Position numbers and translations under genes: made by a program. A stretch of DNA of 64,000 nt from Candidatus Peribacteria bacterium (GTDB taxonomy: Bacteria; Patescibacteriota; Gracilibacteria; Peribacterales; Peribacteraceae), in the NCBI GenBank assembly GCA_041691135.1, contig JBEPVF010000002.1, forward strand, positions 210,718 through 274,717, read 5' to 3'. Shown piece by piece: positions 63,101 to 64,000 of this stretch; the first letter of the stretch is position 1; every line of letters starts with the position of its first letter. Under the pieces are notes generated by a model. The model was given only the letters and a program-made list of their open reading frames with translations. It had not been told where the DNA came from and ran no database searches.

Positions 63101-63126
63101 GTATCACCGTGACCACGCCGAATTAA
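57175..63126 (+). CDS. 1983 aa surface protein: Gly/Ser/Cys-rich region, beta-propeller, FN3, eight choice-of-anchor D (ASH-like Ig) domains and a C-terminal lectin-like domain
   Basis: ALA.[FY].G.LYAG blades; WDTN..ADSQVEYG...LTGLQPDTLYHFRV (FN3); eight DFG.T..G...TKT.TI.N.G repeats; C-terminal DTKYSDNKG. Confidence 0.88.
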   Translation: MRKETLLVRAGVGAVFVAAFIAVFSPWIRDQINPAPHYYSTIGCNDPTCMATTMGNGGIGGNGMGTAGASSSSSLSVNPISPQSSSESSSDEIGGTFGGDGMTGGNGAAAGTLGGTTGITGMTGGATGGGTTGTTGVTGGMNAGTTGGAGGSIGTNGGNGTMGSMGSFGSQGGSSVGINNSSNGSVNGSAGSSLPTSGQSSSHNSCPAIPDPLPPGCTLVILNAMGSCPQVVCIPPSSHSSAQSSSSVECVIPNAPLGYTCKPTGIDGKGCPAYTCTRDCGVTCATGGFYCQLSGLSCKDKIQPGAEVCYECVANVSSGSASSASSKQSSSSSKSSSSAAPSSSAKSSSGNSSSSASEAPQFYCCLTAGHACYGPFTESLACPAQAIRNSDKNTCDSLCLTVASSSSSSSASQAPSSSSSSSSSRALSSSSSSSSSFSSSNSSSSSASSLIGQCTVYSFLVHGIAVGPSSSSSSSSSSSQSSAAGPFSCPSGGFLVGAGDPYYNTVNDVTNWHDLLAEYDAARGTHYTVMQFSTAAFARLGSQLYIGGSPGLFLCQNDILSFSNTIDQVNALAVHGGAVYAGVQKEVRRYNPGTLSYTVIGNFPYDIGALLDFQGTLYASTAGHVYQYGLNGWNEIGIIMSPQAIAPITALAEYKGQLYAGSGDPVGGATVGHVFRLTNGAWVDVTPDWKSVNTVDVTTTPASVNALAVFGNSLFAATTSYDFQSTQAIKSQGHAYAYDGAAWTLTSQQMGTHANALAYDPNSTQLIGGTSVDFLSGALWSYTNGNIWNFGSTFKHSVDALLTLSMSSSSQAVSSAPTVISISNVHVTNLRTTSAEIDWDTNVVADSQVEYGLLIGPPYTKSASTASFVSRHALPLTGLQPDTLYHFRVRSKDASNITAASGDYTFRTTSDGRIEVSENGDVIERGGTYDFGSTLVNKPVTKTFYIRNVGDTPLTVSSLITVPSGFALVQNITLLSLQPGLTTTFQVRMNADTLSTPDGNVSIPNSDVSQNPFIFRITGAVTETIAPKMEVSEGGNALSSDPTPSTIAFSTTAGTPVTKTITIRNAGNGTLSVGTINIGGTGFSWTSPSRTDLGANETTTFTVTFKATSVGYVSNILSIASNSTTPRSPFRLNVTGTAVSPTVKSPQLHVYDGNTELVRGGSVVDFGTTTPGTALSKTITIKNLGNGDLTVGTVSVPNGFSIAQQPQATVVAGGSTTFIVNFDAKAASSFDGWASFGHNDTNSPFTFVVRGNASASPDLQVLDGSTSITRTTGSVYIGSTTQGTPVTKTITVKNTGGATLTLTTPTVPNGFSITKAPPAVVQPGASATFNVQLDASSTGSPDGTLSFANNVAGKTPFTFRIQGNVGAAPAPEIDVLDGIASVPNNGDIDMGTTAQNKPLNRIFTVQNTGTAPLTLGSTISVPTGFSISAPFGKTTLAPGESTFFAVRLNAATAGSYSGNVFFTNNDANENPYTFVVQGIVSAPLIPLVEVRSDTGIVPNGGYTAFGSTPVGTAVTKIFSVRNIGGATLSLQSLSAPSGFTVVTSFAQTSLAPNASTNFTLRLTAGASGYSSGNVSFGTNDAGNNPFTFRIDGTATAPSVQLFDGTSQITYSTGKVDLGSHAKGDPHGRTITIKNPGTAPLKIGAITAPAHFAVTASASTSDAFKAVTIDAGDSASFYLTYKADTTGNVSGTVSVPTNVSGRNPFTFTVAAIGVAAPKPVMQLFDGIDLIAPGDTIDFGRRVLGHSIGRWFTVRNTGTANLVINSIGIGPGFSYSGLPDDTVVKPGAEKSVYIKFNSEEIKNYQTGGIFHTNEAARPSYGFNLTATVRAVPEVMATFYSANRGPYIDNCGIRCSVQWYDQDKQPPKLLVRYIEPGDKVTFTNVTGTIDWGGGDYPNPSSCRDGASAFADKIPKLVGVAQFTDYDNKVVDAGITTPGDRNAILLRDFVNITVPSGAGEIFGGFPDTKYSDNKGVCSFSITVTTPN

Positions 63127-63128
63127 CC

Positions 63129-64000
63129 ATGCAACGATTCTCTCTTTTGCTCCTCGGCCTCCTGCTCCCGCTCTCCGTACATGCCGCTACGGAGATCAAA
63201 GTGTATGACGGCGACACGTTCGTGCCATCGCCGACAGGCGCCGTGGATTTCGGTCTGACTCCCAAAGGAACGCCGATTACGAAGGTTTTTCTAATCAGGA
63301 ATACCGGAACGACTGACGTAAAACTGGAGCCGCTCATCCATGCACCGACCGGTTTCGTCATCACCAGCGGTTTTTCGGGACTGACAATATCTCCCGGACA
63401 AACTGTCACGTTCGTCGCCCAAATGAGCGCCATCGATGCCGGCCAGCCGCAGGGCACGGTCTCCTTCAGTTACGCCTGCCCGGTGGATACTTGCACCGAC
63501 TCTTCGCAGTGCCAAAGCGGACTCGTATGCGTGGACAAACACTGTGTGCCTGCATCTTCGTCATCCAGTAGCGGTTGTTTGTATGATTTCCAGTGCAAAT
63601 CCGGCCACTGCAGTGACGACGGCACTTGCACTGATGGCTCTTCATCAAGTGGTGACGAATGCCTCTATGATTTCGAATGTCCGTCAGGAATCTGCAGTGG
63701 AGACGTATGTGTAGATCCTTCGTCATCGAGTTCCAGCGCATGTACCAGTGCTTCCTGTGGATCGTCGTCGAGTGGTGATAAATGTCTCTACGATTTTGAG
63801 TGTCCGTCAGGAATCTGCAGTGGAGACGTGTGTGTAGATCCTTCGTCATCGAGTTCCAGCGCATGTACGGGCACGACGTGTGGATCGTCTTCCAGCGTCG
63901 AATGCTTGTTCAACTTCGAATGTCCGTCAGGAATCTGCAGTGGAAACGTATGTGTAGATCCTTCGTCATCGAGTTCCAGCGCATGTACCAGTGCTTCCTG
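63129..64000 (+). CDS. Secreted protein with a choice-of-anchor D domain and Cys-rich tandem repeats (truncated by the window end)
   Basis: Manual translation from ATG 63129: MQRFSLLLLGLLLPLSVHA-ATEIKVYDG..DFGLTPKGTPITKVFLIRNTG...CLYDFECPSGICSGDVC; open to the end. Confidence 0.85.
   Translation, partial: MQRFSLLLLGLLLPLSVHAATEIKVYDGDTFVPSPTGAVDFGLTPKGTPITKVFLIRNTGTTDVKLEPLIHAPTGFVITSGFSGLTISPGQTVTFVAQMSAIDAGQPQGTVSFSYACPVDTCTDSSQCQSGLVCVDKHCVPASSSSSSGCLYDFQCKSGHCSDDGTCTDGSSSSGDECLYDFECPSGICSGDVCVDPSSSSSSACTSASCGSSSSGDKCLYDFECPSGICSGDVCVDPSSSSSSACTGTTCGSSSSVECLFNFECPSGICSGNVCVDPSSSSSSACTSAS
63655..64000 (+). repeat. In-frame tandem repeat, period 123/120 bp, at least three copies
   Basis: TGTCCGTCAGGAATCTGCAGTGGA...GTAGATCCTTCGTCATCGAGTTCCAGCGCATGTAC starts at 63678, 63801 and 63921. 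Confidence 0.9.

Noticed and set aside
63655-64000. Regular repeats as a CRISPR array
   Set aside because: Units are long, in frame and coding, with no unique spacers and no cas genes.

Overview
A 64 kb bacterial chromosomal segment in standard code 11 (TGA ends ligA and other genes). The gene style points to a CPR/Patescibacteria organism, most likely Peribacteria; this is inference. The clues are no Shine-Dalgarno sites, giant Ser/Cys-rich surface proteins, many GT-C glycosyltransferases, PilT and purB/purC. Housekeeping genes are typA (partial), ogt, pilT, ligA, purB, purC, ftsH and tRNA-Leu(GAG). Accessory content falls into five groups. (1) Two large proteins without signal peptides (11987-15745 and 29784-34022) carry a planctomycete-type N-terminal 'F[RH]P..LE[DE]R' (LEPRxLL-like) motif. 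Each ends in an AT-rich, apparently swapped cell-wall-targeting C-terminus: a CHAP/NlpC-P60-like domain followed by a coupled lipoprotein in one, LysM plus an unknown helical domain in the other. This is my best candidate for an undescribed host-directed polymorphic effector system. (2) An AT-rich island encodes a membrane-bound TrmB-2xCache regulator, an EamA exporter, an ornithine-decarboxylase-like enzyme lacking the catalytic Cys, a polytopic membrane protein, a small protein and a soluble GAF histidine kinase. (3) A P3A-type H+-ATPase and a highly divergent RlmN-like radical SAM protein. (4) A protein O-mannosylation-type glycosyltransferase cluster near three giant Ser/Cys-rich adhesins. 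(5) A recurrent -10 box 6-8 nt before start codons, suggesting leaderless transcription. I saw no CRISPR array, rRNA, integrase, transposase or reverse transcriptase. All calls come from reading motifs by eye; no searches were run.
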